DNA of 62,937 nt, the filler included, from Octopus bimaculoides (taxonomy: Eukaryota), in NCBI RefSeq assembly GCF_001194135.2. It is 6 parts of 6 records of this genome, joined end to end, with 100 filler letters (N's around TTAATTAATTAA, not from the genome) between each part and the next. Parts side by side here need not be neighbours in the genome. Positions count along the whole stretch, not along the records: positions 14,792 to 27,557 come from NC_068987.1; positions 27,658 to 36,177 come from NC_069004.1; positions 36,278 to 48,269 come from NC_068995.1; 3 more parts are not named here. The stretch is one strand, 5' to 3'. Within the stretch, counting starts at the first letter, position 1. Every line of letters begins with the position of its first letter. A program made the position numbers and the translations under genes. Below, one piece after another: positions 27,281 through 39,294 of the stretch. The notes below the pieces were generated by a model, which saw only the letters and a list, made by a program, of their open reading frames with translations, did not search any database and was not told the DNA's origin.

Positions 27281-27397
27281 TATTCTTATACTAGAATGTT
27301 GTTGATAGTAACTTCAAAATTTCAGCCAACTTAGCCATCATCAGACTGCTAGCTGAAACATTGAAGTCACCATCAACAACATTCTTGTATAAGAATA
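27281..27397. repeat. 117-bp foldback hairpin (probable tiny TA-flanked MITE)
   Basis: TATTCTTATACTAGAATGTTGTTGATAGTAACTTCAA... pairs with ...TTGAAGTCACCATCAACAACATTCTTGTATAAGAATA over about 45 bp. Confidence 0.85.
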
Positions 27398-27476
27398 ATA
27401 AATTTGTACTCCACAAATGTATAGAGTAACCCATCAGATTAATTTAAAACTATTTTTATTATAACTGAACGTAAAA

Positions 27477-27535
<59 letters not shown>

Positions 27536-27657
27536 GGTGCGTGTGTGTGTGTGTGTGNNNNNNNNNNNNNNNNNNNNNNNNNNNNNNNNNNNNNNNNNNN
27601 NTTAATTAATTAANNNNNNNNNNNNNNNNNNNNNNNNNNNNNNNNNNNNNNNNNNNN

Positions 27658-27699
<42 letters not shown>

Positions 27700-27887
27700 T
27701 ACTTTATATTTCATATATTACATATGTAAAGCATAAACTGTTATACATGTATGTATATTATAATAATTTTTTGTTGAATAAATAAATAGACATGATATAA
27801 CGTCTAAAAGTTGATGAATACCACCTCTTGATCCCCTCTATTTTCTTATTGCTCTATGTATATATATATATAACCCTAACCCTAACC

Positions 27888-28455
27888 TCCCCCAAAATCT
27901 CGGGGACGGAGCCAGTCGATTAGATCGACCTCAGTACGCAACTGGTACTTAATTTATTGACTCCGAAAGGATGAAAGGTAAAGTTGACCTCAGCGGAATT
28001 TGAACTCAGAACGTAAAGACGGACGAAATGTCACTATGCACTTTGTCTGTCGCGTAACAGCCACCCCTGCGCCTATATATATATATATATATATTTACGA
28101 CGGGCTTCTTACAGTTTCCGTCTACCAAATTGCCTTTCATCTTTTCGGTGTCGATAAATTAAGTACTAGTTGCGTACTGGGGTAGATCTAATCAACTGGT
28201 CCTCTCCCCCAAAATTTCGGGCCTTGTGCCTAGAGAAGAAAAGAATATTTCAGCTTTCATGACGACGGACAGCTGGCAGAAACGTTAGCACGTCCGTCTA
28301 TCGGTTCTGAGTGCAAAATCCGCCGAGGTCGACTCTATCTTTCATCTTTTCCGGGCGGTCGATAAAATGAGTACCAGCTGAGGACTGGGGACTGTGTAAT
28401 CGACTACTCCCCTCCCCCTCGAAACCGCTGGCCTTGCGCCAAAATCTGAAACCAG
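27888..28455. mobile_element. Cluster of SINE fragments: family 1 minus (27888-28060), family 2 piece, family 1 3' half plus (28133-28240), family 1 plus (28265-28455)
   Basis: Similarity to other copies in the window. Confidence 0.8.
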
Positions 28456-28519
28456 TATTTCAGTTTCCATCATGGTAATGTGTTTCTATAAAAGCCAGCA
28501 AACTGGCAAATAACAATAT

Positions 28520-28900
28520 CTTTGCCCCTTGCCTCCTCTTCCTCCTCCTCCTCATCATCATCATCATCATTGCACTCATCATTGTAGTCGTCGTCATTTC
28601 TGTCCTCATTACCAACGTAATCATTCTCTATTGTCACTGTTAACAAAAGCCTGTTGTTGTTGTTCTTCTTCCTGCCCCTTTTGTTTCTTTTTCTTCTCCT
28701 CCTCTTTCTCTTTATCGCCATCGATATTTTATCCTCGCCGTCGTCAGCCTCGTCATCATTATCATCTTCGTCGTCACCGTTATCATTAGCCTCCTCCTCC
28801 TCCACCTCTACCTTCACCTCCGTCATCATCATCCTCCTCGTCGACGTCGTCATCGTCATTATCCTGTCATCATCGTGGTCGTCGTCGCCACCGACGTTGT
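28520..28900. repeat. Compound trinucleotide low-complexity tract (CCT/CAT/CGT/GTT)
   Basis: Seen directly. Confidence 0.9.
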
Positions 28901-29226
28901 TTGGCAGCATCAAAATAGGTGTCAGACGCCTAATTGATAGGCCACGAGTTCGCGTATTGATGAATCAGTCTTGTTTGTGAAAATCACTGTCACATCCTGT
29001 GTGACATCTGACCTAACATCCGGTGACTTCCGGTGACATTTGTAACCCCAATTCTACCACCATCACCACCACCACCACAGATTGCCATCCTACTGAGCGT
29101 ATTAGATCACCCTTGTTCAAGCCCCTCTACTACTACTACTATATGGTTATAAGTGTACGTATACATACCTATATATATAAATATGCATATATGCATGTAT
29201 GTATGTATGTATGTATGTATGTATGT

Positions 29227-29607
29227 GGAGGCGCAATGGCCCAGTGGTTAGGACAGTATACTCGTGGTCATAGGATTGCGGTTTCGATTCTCAGACCGGG
29301 CGTTCTGAGTGCATATTGAGCGAACACACCTAAAGCTCCCCAAGGCTCCGGCAGGGGATGGTGGCGAACCCTGCCGTACTCTTTCACCATAACTTTCTCT
29401 CACGCTTTCTTGCTGTTTCTGTTACACCTCTGTCTCAAAAGGGCCAGTCTTGTTACACTCTGTCTCACGGTGAATCTCACCGAGAACTCCGTTAAGGGTA
29501 CACGGGTCTGTGGAGTGCTCAGCCACTTGCACGTTAATTTCACAAGCAAGCTGTTCCGTTGATCGGTTCAACTGGAACCCTCGTAGTCGAAAGCGATGGA
29601 GTGCCAC
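29227..29607 (+). mobile_element. tRNA-headed SINE (family 4), partial copy at about 23280-23440
   Basis: A box TGGCCCAGTGGTTAGG, B box GGTTTCGATTC. Body GTCTGTGGAGTGCTCAGCCACTTGCAYGTTAATTTCA is shared with 23350-23390. Confidence 0.8.
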
Positions 29608-29689
29608 ATATGTATGCATACAAATAGAGATAGATAGACAGACAGATAGACAGAGAGAAAATAGATATGTAGTTATATATATATATTCT

Positions 29690-29878
29690 TTTATTTGTTT
29701 AAATTCATTTGACTGCGGAGCACCGCCTTTAGTCGAACAAATCGACTCCAGGATTTATTCTTTGTAAGCCTAGTACTTATTTTCTTTTTTGGTCTCTTTT
29801 GCCGAAACGCTATGTTACGAGGGTGTAAATACACCAACATCGGTTGTCAAGCAATGGTGGGGTGGGGACAAACACAGA

Positions 29879-29913
<35 letters not shown>

Positions 29914-30065
29914 GACAGGCTTCTTTCAGTTTCAGTCTGTCAAATCCACTCACAAGGTTTTGGTCGGCCCGAGGCTATAGTAGAAGACACTTGCACAAGG
30001 TGCTACGCAGTGGGACAGAACCCGGAACCATGTGGTTGGTAAGCAAGCTACTTACCACACAGCCA
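29690..30065 (-). mobile_element. Family 2 SINE
   Basis: Reverse complement of family 2. Confidence 0.85.
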
Positions 30066-30131
30066 CTACAGCCCTAAATATATATATACCTTCGAGGGTA
30101 TATATACATATATATATATATATATCTTCGA

Positions 30132-30163
<32 letters not shown>

Positions 30164-30239
30164 CCTCGCTGCTATTATCATTTAAAGAATGATTAGTGTT
30201 AACAAAATCAATGTTAGTACTTTCATTAAGTGGATTTGT

Positions 30240-30490
30240 ATTTAACAGCTTATTATTATGCGAAGAGATGATTTATGAAAGAATTTTGTGTTAGAAAACC
30301 CTATCCTGATTCGGTGTGAATTAATAATTGAATAGTATCTTGAATTTCTTGGGAAATTCTTTTCTATAGATTCACGAAACTGGTAAGGGAGGTTGGATTT
30401 GATCTGCTTACCATATAGAATTATTAACCAAACAGTTTTGCTAGGACATACCTTGTTATTAGGGTAATTTTCTTTAAAAGTCATCGATGT
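30240..30490 (-). mobile_element. Penelope-like element relic (RT to GIY-YIG linker)
   Basis: TVWLIILYGKQIKSNLPYQFRESIEKNFPRNSRYYSIINSHRIRIGFSN resembles the PLE motif IWFNPPYS..V.TN.G..F..L..KHFP.....KIFN...K.SYS. Confidence 0.65.
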
Positions 30491-31782
30491 ACCTTTATAA
30501 TGAAAAAAGGGTCTTATCTAATGGTTATCTCCCTTACGCTGCAGAATTAAATTACTCGATTTGGTGTTATTATTCGAAATAGAGTTAATATTGTTAATAT
30601 CGTTGCCTTGATTTCATGTCCTAATTAACAGAGTTAGAATTAATGTCAATAGGTAGGATTAATGTCAATAGGCAGAATTAATGAACAGACAACAAACTGT
30701 CAAAGACCAGGATCAACCAGTTTAGTTAACAAACTACTGCTATCGTCTGTAGTTGTTACATACACAGATGAGATATCTAAGCTGCAGAAAGACCGATGTG
30801 GTTATAATAAAGGCCAGACATTCATGCCTCATCGCTCGATCGGAATATCTGGTGTGGAAGTCGACCTACCGTATAATGATAATTAATGATAAAACTAAAC
30901 TACCATGAAATAAAGTGGCAAGGAAAAACGAACCGCCCAGCTCGAAAGTCGAATTTCAGTCGTATGATCTTCGGCCGTAAATCTTAACCATGCGTCTTCA
31001 AGGGCGTCTTACACGTTGGTGATCGTGGCAGTAGGGTGGTTTGGGCGTATCAGCAGCTTGATAGCAAAATAGTAGTAGTGGTAGTAGTAGTTGTGTATAT
31101 ATATAGTGTGCATATATGTACATATGAATATGTGTGTGTGTATCGTTGCTATCATGTTACACTGTCGTATGTCGAAATTTGGCCAATTTTTTTCAATATT
31201 TAATTTTGCTTGCAATAGCCGCTTCTTTTGGTCAAACTATCGTATCTCCAGCTGCTTCAGATGAAAATTGTCAAAGTGTGGTACAATGGTTTAGCATTTT
31301 TCAAAAGTGTAGTAAGTCCCACATACGACAGTTTTGCAAAAATATTTCTGACTGAAAATATCATACAAGCATGGAGTTACGATTTTATGCACCCAACAAA
31401 GTATTATTGTTAAACTGAAACTATTTTTTCGTTTTCTGAAAAAGCAACGATATNNNNNNNNNNNNNNNNNNNNNNNNNNNNNNNNNNNNNNNNNNNNNNN
31501 NNNNNNNNNNNNNNNNNNNNNNNNNNNNNNNNNNNNNNNNNNNNNNNNNNNNNNNNNNNNNNNNNNNNNNNNNNNNNNNNNNNNNNNNNNNNNNNNNNNN
31601 NNNNNNNNNNNNNNNNNNNNNNNNNNNNNNNNNNNNNNNNNNNNNNNNNNNNNNNNNNNNNNNNNNNNNNNNNNNNNNNNNNNNNNNNNNNNNNNNNNNN
31701 NNNNNNNNNNNNNNNNNNNNNNNNNNNNNNNNNNNNNNNNNNNNNNNNNNNNNNNNNNNNNNNNNNNNNNNNNNNNNNNNNN

Positions 31783-31825
<43 letters not shown>

Positions 31826-32075
31826 CATACGCACATATCTGCATATATATGCACGTTATATGCATATATATGCATGCGAAGACAAAATACTTGTGTTTTT
31901 CCACAGATATTTGTTGTCTATTCTTTAACTTTTCCTCTTCCCGTTCAATTCTACACTTTATCTCGATGAAACATTTTGTCCGAAACGTCATAACATTTCG
32001 CTAATAATTTTAATCGTGAGCTTGTCGCTTATATTTTGTTATATTTGATATGTATATAAGTATGTATGTATTATG

Positions 32076-32109
<34 letters not shown>

Positions 32110-32249
32110 TGTATGTATGTATGTATCTGCCTGTCTATTTCTACGTATGTATGCATGCATGTATGTACGTATATGTATAAGTATGTATTATCCACCATAT
32201 ACTCTTTTCCACTTTCTTAAAATAGACAGAATGAAATTTGCGATAAATT

Positions 32250-33432
32250 TGGGTACTATTTCTAGCATAGTGTTGAAGGTCATGGCGATGGCATTTGAGG
32301 CACTGGTGATGGAGGCACAGTTAATGTTGATGTTTGTAGTGTTGGTTGAAAATTGCAGTGGCAGCGGTTGTGGTGATAGTACAGAAAACTCAGCGGCAGT
32401 GACCGCTAGGTGGCACTTGAGGTGCTGCTGCTTAGGGTGGTATTTTCACTTCGTCCTGTCTTTTTCCTCCTCCTCCTCCTCCTCTCCTTCTTCATCGTCT
32501 TACTCTTCTACTCCTCCTCCTCTACTCTTCTCTCTCTTTTTCCTCCTATCCTCTCTTCTGCTTCTCCCCCTCCTCCTTTTCCTTTTCCTCTACTTTTCTC
32601 CCTCTTCCTCTCTTCTACTTCTTCCTCTCACTTCACCTTTTCTCCACCCCCCATCCTGTCACTCTATTTCCACCTACTCCCACCCGTTCTCTGCCTCTTT
32701 ATTTCACCTTCCTCCCCTTCCACCACCACCACAAACATCCCTCCCTTCCTTCCATCTTGTTCTCACCTAAAACCACCACCACAACAACAACAACCACCGC
32801 CACCACCACCATCACGTACGTGCGAATGGAAAGAACGAAAGAAAGAAAGAGCGACGTGTAGGTGGCGCAGGGGCGGGGCGGCAGCGGCTTGTGGAGTTGA
32901 ATTCTGGAAGCTGTGTAACATAATGCGCAGTAACATACTTTCGCTGGAAACGCTACGATGTGATGCGGTGGCGATGATGTCGGGTGTCGACGGTGGGAGT
33001 GGTTTAGCTGGGGAGGGAGGAGTGGTATGGGGTGGTATGGAGTGGTGGTGGTGGTGGTTGCAGAAATACCAGAGCGACGACTGGTGGAGGAGGAAGTGGA
33101 AGTGGGAGGGTACAGAAGTTAAGTTCATTGAATTATGGGATAGTTCGGTTGTTGTATATGAATGGCGTTTCGGATCGAAGGATGGTTGGATGGTTGGATG
33201 GTTAGCCGGTCGTTCGGTTGGCTGGCTGGTTGGTTCGACGAGTTGGATGTAGGTGGATACGCATGTGTATGTGTGTTTGTGTGTTGACGTGGTGCAATGA
33301 TGGTGGCGATGGTAAAGATGGTGGTGATGATAGTAGTTGTGGTGGTGGTAGTAGGAATGGTGGCACTATTAGCTAGTGGTAACAGTAGTAATCGGTGTAG
33401 TAGTATTTGTAGCTGTAGTAATATCATTATTA

Positions 33433-33477
<45 letters not shown>

Positions 33478-34514
33478 GTAGTAGTAGTAGTAATAGTAGA
33501 GGTACGAGGGGTGGTGGTTTGGGATTGGAGATATAAATGGTATTGGTAGTTTTGGTGGTGAAGGTGGTGGTGGTGATGACGACGACGATGGTGATGATGA
33601 TGATGATGGTGGTGGTGATGATAACGATGATGATGAAGATGATGATTATGATGATGATGATGATGGTGGTGATGATGATGATGTTGGTGGTGGTGGTGAT
33701 GATGGTGGTGGTGTTGATGACGATGCTCGTGAAGGTGATGATGATGTTGATGACGATGATTACGATAATGATGATGATGACGATGACGACGACGATGAGG
33801 AGGATGATGATGTACATGACGTTAACGACGACGAAGCGGATGAGAGGAAATGTGAAGATGTCGATTGAAGTGGTGGACGGGGTGGAGTAGGAGAGAGAAA
33901 GAAGGAGAGAGAGAGAGAGAGAATGATGTGTTGCAATATGTGCAGTTTGGGTGGGTGAGAGACCAGGAAAAAGGGTGGTTGCGTGTCAGCGTTGGGGAGG
34001 CGGAAGATGCTGATAGGTGGGATGGTGGTGGTGATGGAGTGGTGGTTGTGATGCTAGCGGGTGGGTGGTGGGTACTGGTGGCGGTGATTGGTAGGAAGCA
34101 GGAAAAACCTTTCAGTGAAAAAGCTATCGATTTTCACATAATGGAATCACCTGCTTTTATTGGACGGCTTTTGTCGACGATGACGATGATGATGATGGTG
34201 GTGGTGAGGGCGGCGGCGGCGGTGGTGGTGGTGATGGTGGTTGTAAGGATGGTATTGCTATTTATGATGATCATGGTGGTGGTGATAATGATGATGATGA
34301 TGACGATAATAATGATGATGATGATGATGTTAGTGGTGATGATGGTGTTGTTGAAGATGATGATGATGTTGATGATAATGGTGAGCATAATGATGGTGAT
34401 GGTGGTAATGATGATGTTGATAATGATGATGATGATGGTAGTGATGGTTGTGATATTAAATGACAATGATGATGATGATGATGATGATGGTTGTAATACC
34501 AAGTGATGGCGATG
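32250..34514. repeat. About 2.2-kb compound low-complexity region: pyrimidine-rich CCT/TCT block, then (GGT/GAT/ATT)n blocks
   Basis: Seen directly. The long poly-M/V/I/T ORFs come from it. Confidence 0.92.
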
Positions 34515-35231
34515 NNNNNNNNNNNNNNNNNNNNNNNNNNNNNNNNNNNNNNNNNNNNNNNNNNNNNNNNNNNNNNNNNNNNNNNNNNNNNNNNNNNNNN
34601 NNNNNNNNNNNNNNNNNNNNNNNNNNNNNNNNNNNNNNNNNNNNNNNNNNNNNNNNNNNNNNNNNNNNNNNNNNNNNNNNNNNNNNNNNNNNNNNNNNNN
34701 NNNNNNNNNNNNNNNNNNNNNNNNNNNNNNNNNNNNNNNNNNNNNNNNNNNNNNNNNNNNNNNNNNNNNNNNNNNNNNNNNNNNNNNNNNNNNNNNNNNN
34801 NNNNNNNNNNNNNNNNNNNNNNNNNNNNNNNNNNNNNNNNNNNNNNNNNNNNNNNNNNNNNNNNNNNNNNNNNNNNNNNNNNNNNNNNNNNNNNNNNNNN
34901 NNNNNNNNNNNNNNNNNNNNNNNNNNNNNNNNNNNNNNNNNNNNNNNNNNNNNNNNNNNNNNNNNNNNNNNNNNNNNNNNNNNNNNNNNNNNNNNNNNNN
35001 NNNNNNNNNNNNNNNNNNNNNNNNNNNNNNNNNNNNNNNNNNNNNNNNNNNNNNNNNNNNNNNNNNNNNNNNNNNNNNNNNNNNNNNNNNNNNNNNNNNN
35101 NNNNNNNNNNNNNNNNNNNNNNNNNNNNNNNNNNNNNNNNNNNNNNNNNNNNNNNNNNNNNNNNNNNNNNNNNNNNNNNNNNNNNNNNNNNNNNNNTTCA
35201 TATATGTGTATTTATATATATATGTGTATGC

Positions 35232-35268
<37 letters not shown>

Positions 35269-35349
35269 CATACATACATATATATACATGTATATATACA
35301 TATGCATACACATATATATATAAATACACATATATGAATATGTATTATA

Positions 35350-35382
<33 letters not shown>

Positions 35383-36387
35383 ATTACACACACACACACA
35401 CACACACACAAATATATATATATATATATGCACATATGTATGTTTACGTATATATGTTTATGAACGAATTCATTTTATAGAATTTCGTCAATGACCATGT
35501 ACTTCTGCGTCATGGCTGTCAACACGGTGATGGCCGCCATGTTTTTATCTTGCAGACGACGAAGGAGTTTCGACGTGGATCGAACGAAAATATGTCTTTT
35601 TATCTCAAAACAGATTTGTTGAAATGTTCGAAAATAATTTTTCCCTGCTTCGTTAAAGTGGGTTTTTGCATATAATATTCCTGTTAGCTTGTATTATAAT
35701 GGACGTAGGGTTGATTATGGAATGCTTATAATTTTGATATTTTTAATAATATTTTTCTATCTTAATATAATAAGTATTTTATATACATTCATTTATTATT
35801 TATTGTTGGTTGATATATACATTCTTTTATTATTATTATTGTTATATTTTGACCTGATGATTAGCTATATTTTTGAATAGAATTGATTTTCGATGGTTTT
35901 AATCGATTTCAATTTTCTTTCTATTTGAAAATTGGTCATGAAACACGTGTAGCCGTTTTATTATCATTATCTTATGATATCTACTATGTATTATATTATA
36001 CTTATTTATTGTGCTTTTACTTATTAATTTTTCTATATGTGACAGTGGATTTTCATCGATGAGTTCATGAACCTTGGTTCTTTTCCCTAAAAATATATAT
36101 TTTTTTTTATACAGTGAAACTTAATTTAACTTTAATTTTTAATAAATTGAATTTAATTGAGTTTTTACCAGTAAATTNNNNNNNNNNNNNNNNNNNNNNN
36201 NNNNNNNNNNNNNNNNNNNNNTTAATTAATTAANNNNNNNNNNNNNNNNNNNNNNNNNNNNNNNNNNNNNNNNNNNNAAACCACCTTAAAGCCTACCAGT
36301 GCATTTTCAACTTTTTTCTATGTTTCTACTCGTGTGGATTAAAACAACTTTGTTTTTTATACATATATACAAAGAAGTTATACTTAC

Positions 36388-36529
36388 ACTCTGCGTTCAA
36401 TTCCATGTCCTGTTCACAATCGGTATCTGTATAGAGGGCCTGACTACCAATGCTACCAAGATCAACACGGTCGACATCAGCTATCATTTGATTTACCATG
36501 TGTACATCGTATAAGACTGGTCGGGCCGT
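36388..36529 (-). CDS. RFX6: RFX6-like internal exon D (142 nt, phase 0-1): [47 protein letters not shown]
   Basis: Acceptor atatttcacag, donor gtaagt. [12 protein letters not shown] matches RFX6 RVDLNSIGSQAL (RFX4 has SITKQTL). The other two frames are closed. Confidence 0.94.
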
Positions 36530-36589
36530 CTGTGAAATATAAGGAACCAATTTAGGGAAATTTTTAAAGAATATACCTGGAAATTTTTT

Positions 36590-36975
36590 TATTGTTTACT
36601 TGTTTCATTCATTAGACTGCGGCCATGCTGGGGTATCGCATGGAAGAATTTTTGGTCAAATGAATCGATCCCAGGTCTTATTTGTTTTAAAGCCTGGTAC
36701 TTATTCAACGGTTCTCTTTTGCCGATCCGCTACGTTACGAGGACAGAAACACACCAGTATCGGTTGTCAAGCAGTAGTACACACACACACACGCACGCGC
36801 GCATGTACACACACAAACACATACGACGGGATTGTTTCAGCTTCCATTTACCAAAACCACTCACAAGGCTTTGTTCAGCCCAAGGCTATATTAGAAGACA
36901 CTTTCCCAAGGTGCCACACAGTAGGACTGAACCTAAAACCATAAGGTTGGGAATCAAATGTCTTACCTTACAGCC
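36590..36975 (-). mobile_element. Family 2 SINE in the RFX6 intron between exons C and D
   Basis: Reverse complement of family 2. Confidence 0.85.
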
Positions 36976-37103
36976 ACACCTGTTGAAACTTCGAAAATAA
37001 TCATCAATGTAGTAATGAAGACAGAAATTGAACGGAAGGTTAATTAAGTAATAAAAATGGCATGAAATTAAAAGGTTTGTTGTAATTAAAAATATGTTCT
37101 TAC

Positions 37104-37263
37104 TTGAGCTAAATGAAGAAAAGAAGTTTGGCGTTTCAAAGACTGTGAAAATCTGTGGGCCACTGGAAGCTTATGTTCGGTCAATTGTTCAGGAAGATTT
37201 TCCAGAGCAGACGACAACCAGTTTTCCCAGTGATTAGCGAAGTTCCGAATGTCGCACATCAAT
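37104..37263 (-). CDS. RFX6: RFX6-like internal exon C (160 nt, phase 2-0): (V)[53 protein letters not shown]
   Basis: Acceptor aatctag, donor gtaaga. Carries the RFX4/6 motifs DIRNFA..W..W and [13 protein letters not shown]. Confidence 0.95.
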
Positions 37264-37596
37264 CTAGATTAATCAGGAATAGAAAATACAAGAATATGAA
37301 ATTCTTTATTTTCTCTTTTTAAAATTAATTTTCGAATGAGGCGAAAATGTCGCGAGGAAACACGCCGAAACGTGAAATTACAAAGTATTACACAGTTACA
37401 TTTAAGAAATATGAATTAAGAATTATGAATTATACACAATCCGACACACATACACAAGATTTAACCCTCAATTCAATGAGATTTTATTTTTTTAATCCCA
37501 GCTCCTGAAAGATGCAAAACCTGTTGTTTGTAAGTTGTTAAACAGGATGGTCAGCGCATTTGAAAATTTATAAATTTGCCGTAACATTTATTATGA

Positions 37597-38390
37597 TTAT
37601 AATTTTGCTTTTCCTGCTGTTTATATGAAGTAAAATGTTCAAGCCTGTTATAAAAGGTGATTTCAGGCTGTGTAAGAGCGCTATGGTACCCTTGTATCAT
37701 GGCAAAACTTAACAAAAAATAATTGGCAGAATATTCAGATCATTAGAATGAAAATAGCATTAAAGATGGCAGGGAAAAAAAGTAATTATTGTACTCCCAT
37801 TAATTGTCTTTATTAGAAACAGATACAAACAAAAACTACATACATATGATTGTAATGCACATTGCGTATTTACATTACGGAAACAATTTTTTAAAAACAG
37901 TGAAATTTTTTATGTCTTGATAAATACAATAAAGTCTGCTTCCTCCGTTCCCATGCATTGAAATACACTAAAATCTTTATAGAAGAATCCAATTGCTTAG
38001 CTTTAAGCAAAATACAGACTGTGTAAGAGAGTTATCGTGGTTCTGCAGAATCTGACCACTTTAATAAATGTTATATAACTGAATATTCACAGCACTGTAG
38101 CAAAGTCTTAAAAAAAAAAAAAAATTGTAGCTATTTTTCATGAAAATAAAGAATTCTGCTTTTCATGCTGTTTACATGAAGTAAAATGTCCAAGGCTGCC
38201 ATAAAAGGTGGCTTCAGGCTATGTAAGAGCGCTATGGTACCCTTGTATTAAGGCAAAAACTTAACGGAATATAATCGACAGAAAATATGTAGATTATTAG
38301 AATGAAAATGGCATTGAAGATGGCAGGGAAAAGGGAAGTAATTATTGTACTCCCATGCAATAATTGTCTTTATTTTTGCAGAAAAAAATC
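37597..38390. repeat. About 220-bp imperfect direct repeat (37597-37815 and 38153-38390)
   Basis: Both copies contain ATGAAGTAAAATGT...TAAGAGCGCTATGGTACCCTTGTAT...AGATGGCAGGGAAAA...GTAATTATTGTACTCCCAT. Confidence 0.85.
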
Positions 38391-38461
38391 CCAATATTAT
38401 TGAAATGAAAATACTTCCTTTCATACATTAGAAATAAAATTTAGTTGGAAGAACAACTTAC

Positions 38462-38511
38462 ACCTCTGGCATTTCTTGCATCGTTGCTGGGATCAGAACT
38501 TCGATCAAGAC
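38462..38511 (-). CDS. RFX6: RFX6-like internal exon B (50 nt, phase 0-2): VLIEVLIPATMQEMPE + GT
   Basis: Acceptor atttaacag, donor gtaagt. Matches RFX6 VLTDVLIPATMQEMPE and joins exons A and C in frame. Confidence 0.93.
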
Positions 38512-39294
38512 CTGTTAAATAGATACAAGAATGATTTCTGTAATGTTACAGATTTTAGGATTTCATTTGTTTTTCTGCTTAGTCATGAAAAGGAGGGCAG
38601 AGGTAATAACTGTTTTTTTCGTGGCCGTCGAGACTGCCAGGTAGAAGAGAAAGACCCGACTTGAATGCATGTGATAGAGTGGACTTCGTTCAAGGTCGTC
38701 AAGAACCAGCAGGTGCTGTTAAACCAGGCCATGGATAAAATATGCTACCCCAAAACTCAGAACGTCGAAAGGCAGGAGAGATTCAGTAAGGTACCCCCAC
38801 ACCTGACACTTTAACTATCTCTCCTATCCATCTTCTTGGAAATTGTATCGATTCCCAAAAGAATGAAAAGCAAAACTGACTTCGACAGGATTCAAATTCG
38901 GAGCGAAGAGAGCCGAAATAAAAATTGCATGTACCTCTGTAGTAGGTGTAAGTTTTGGCGATATCCAATTCTACATTTAGGGTGTAAGGGGGATTATACC
39001 AATTGATATTGCCCTTTTATGGTTTTGCGAAGTGTTATTAGGTGATATATAAGGTATATAAAGAATCCACTGTTTTTGAAGATGTTTTAAAAAGGTTTTC
39101 AACTGATGAAAGCTAGTGATGCGATGGCCAATATCATTCTCTAAATTCTTCAAGATTGCGGAAGGTCGACTAGGATTTTTTGGTATTTACCAATTTTTAT
39201 CTGGTTTCCTATAAGAACAACGCTTATTGTTACAGGTATATCGCAATATTTAGCGCATTGATAACATTTTAATTTACTAAAACAATTACAATCA

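Noticed and set aside
27871-27887. Interstitial telomere (CCCTAA)n
   Set aside because: Fewer than three units, too short to support.
28470-28980. Acidic D/E-rich 147-aa ORF
   Set aside because: Compound trinucleotide tract, open in several frames, with no splice context.
29227-29300. tRNA genes at SINE heads
   Set aside because: A and B boxes are present, but there is no complete cloverleaf and they continue into repeated SINE bodies.
32066-35480. Long ORFs of 200-430 aa
   Set aside because: Products of trinucleotide low complexity and N runs, giving poly-M/V/I/T/X peptides.
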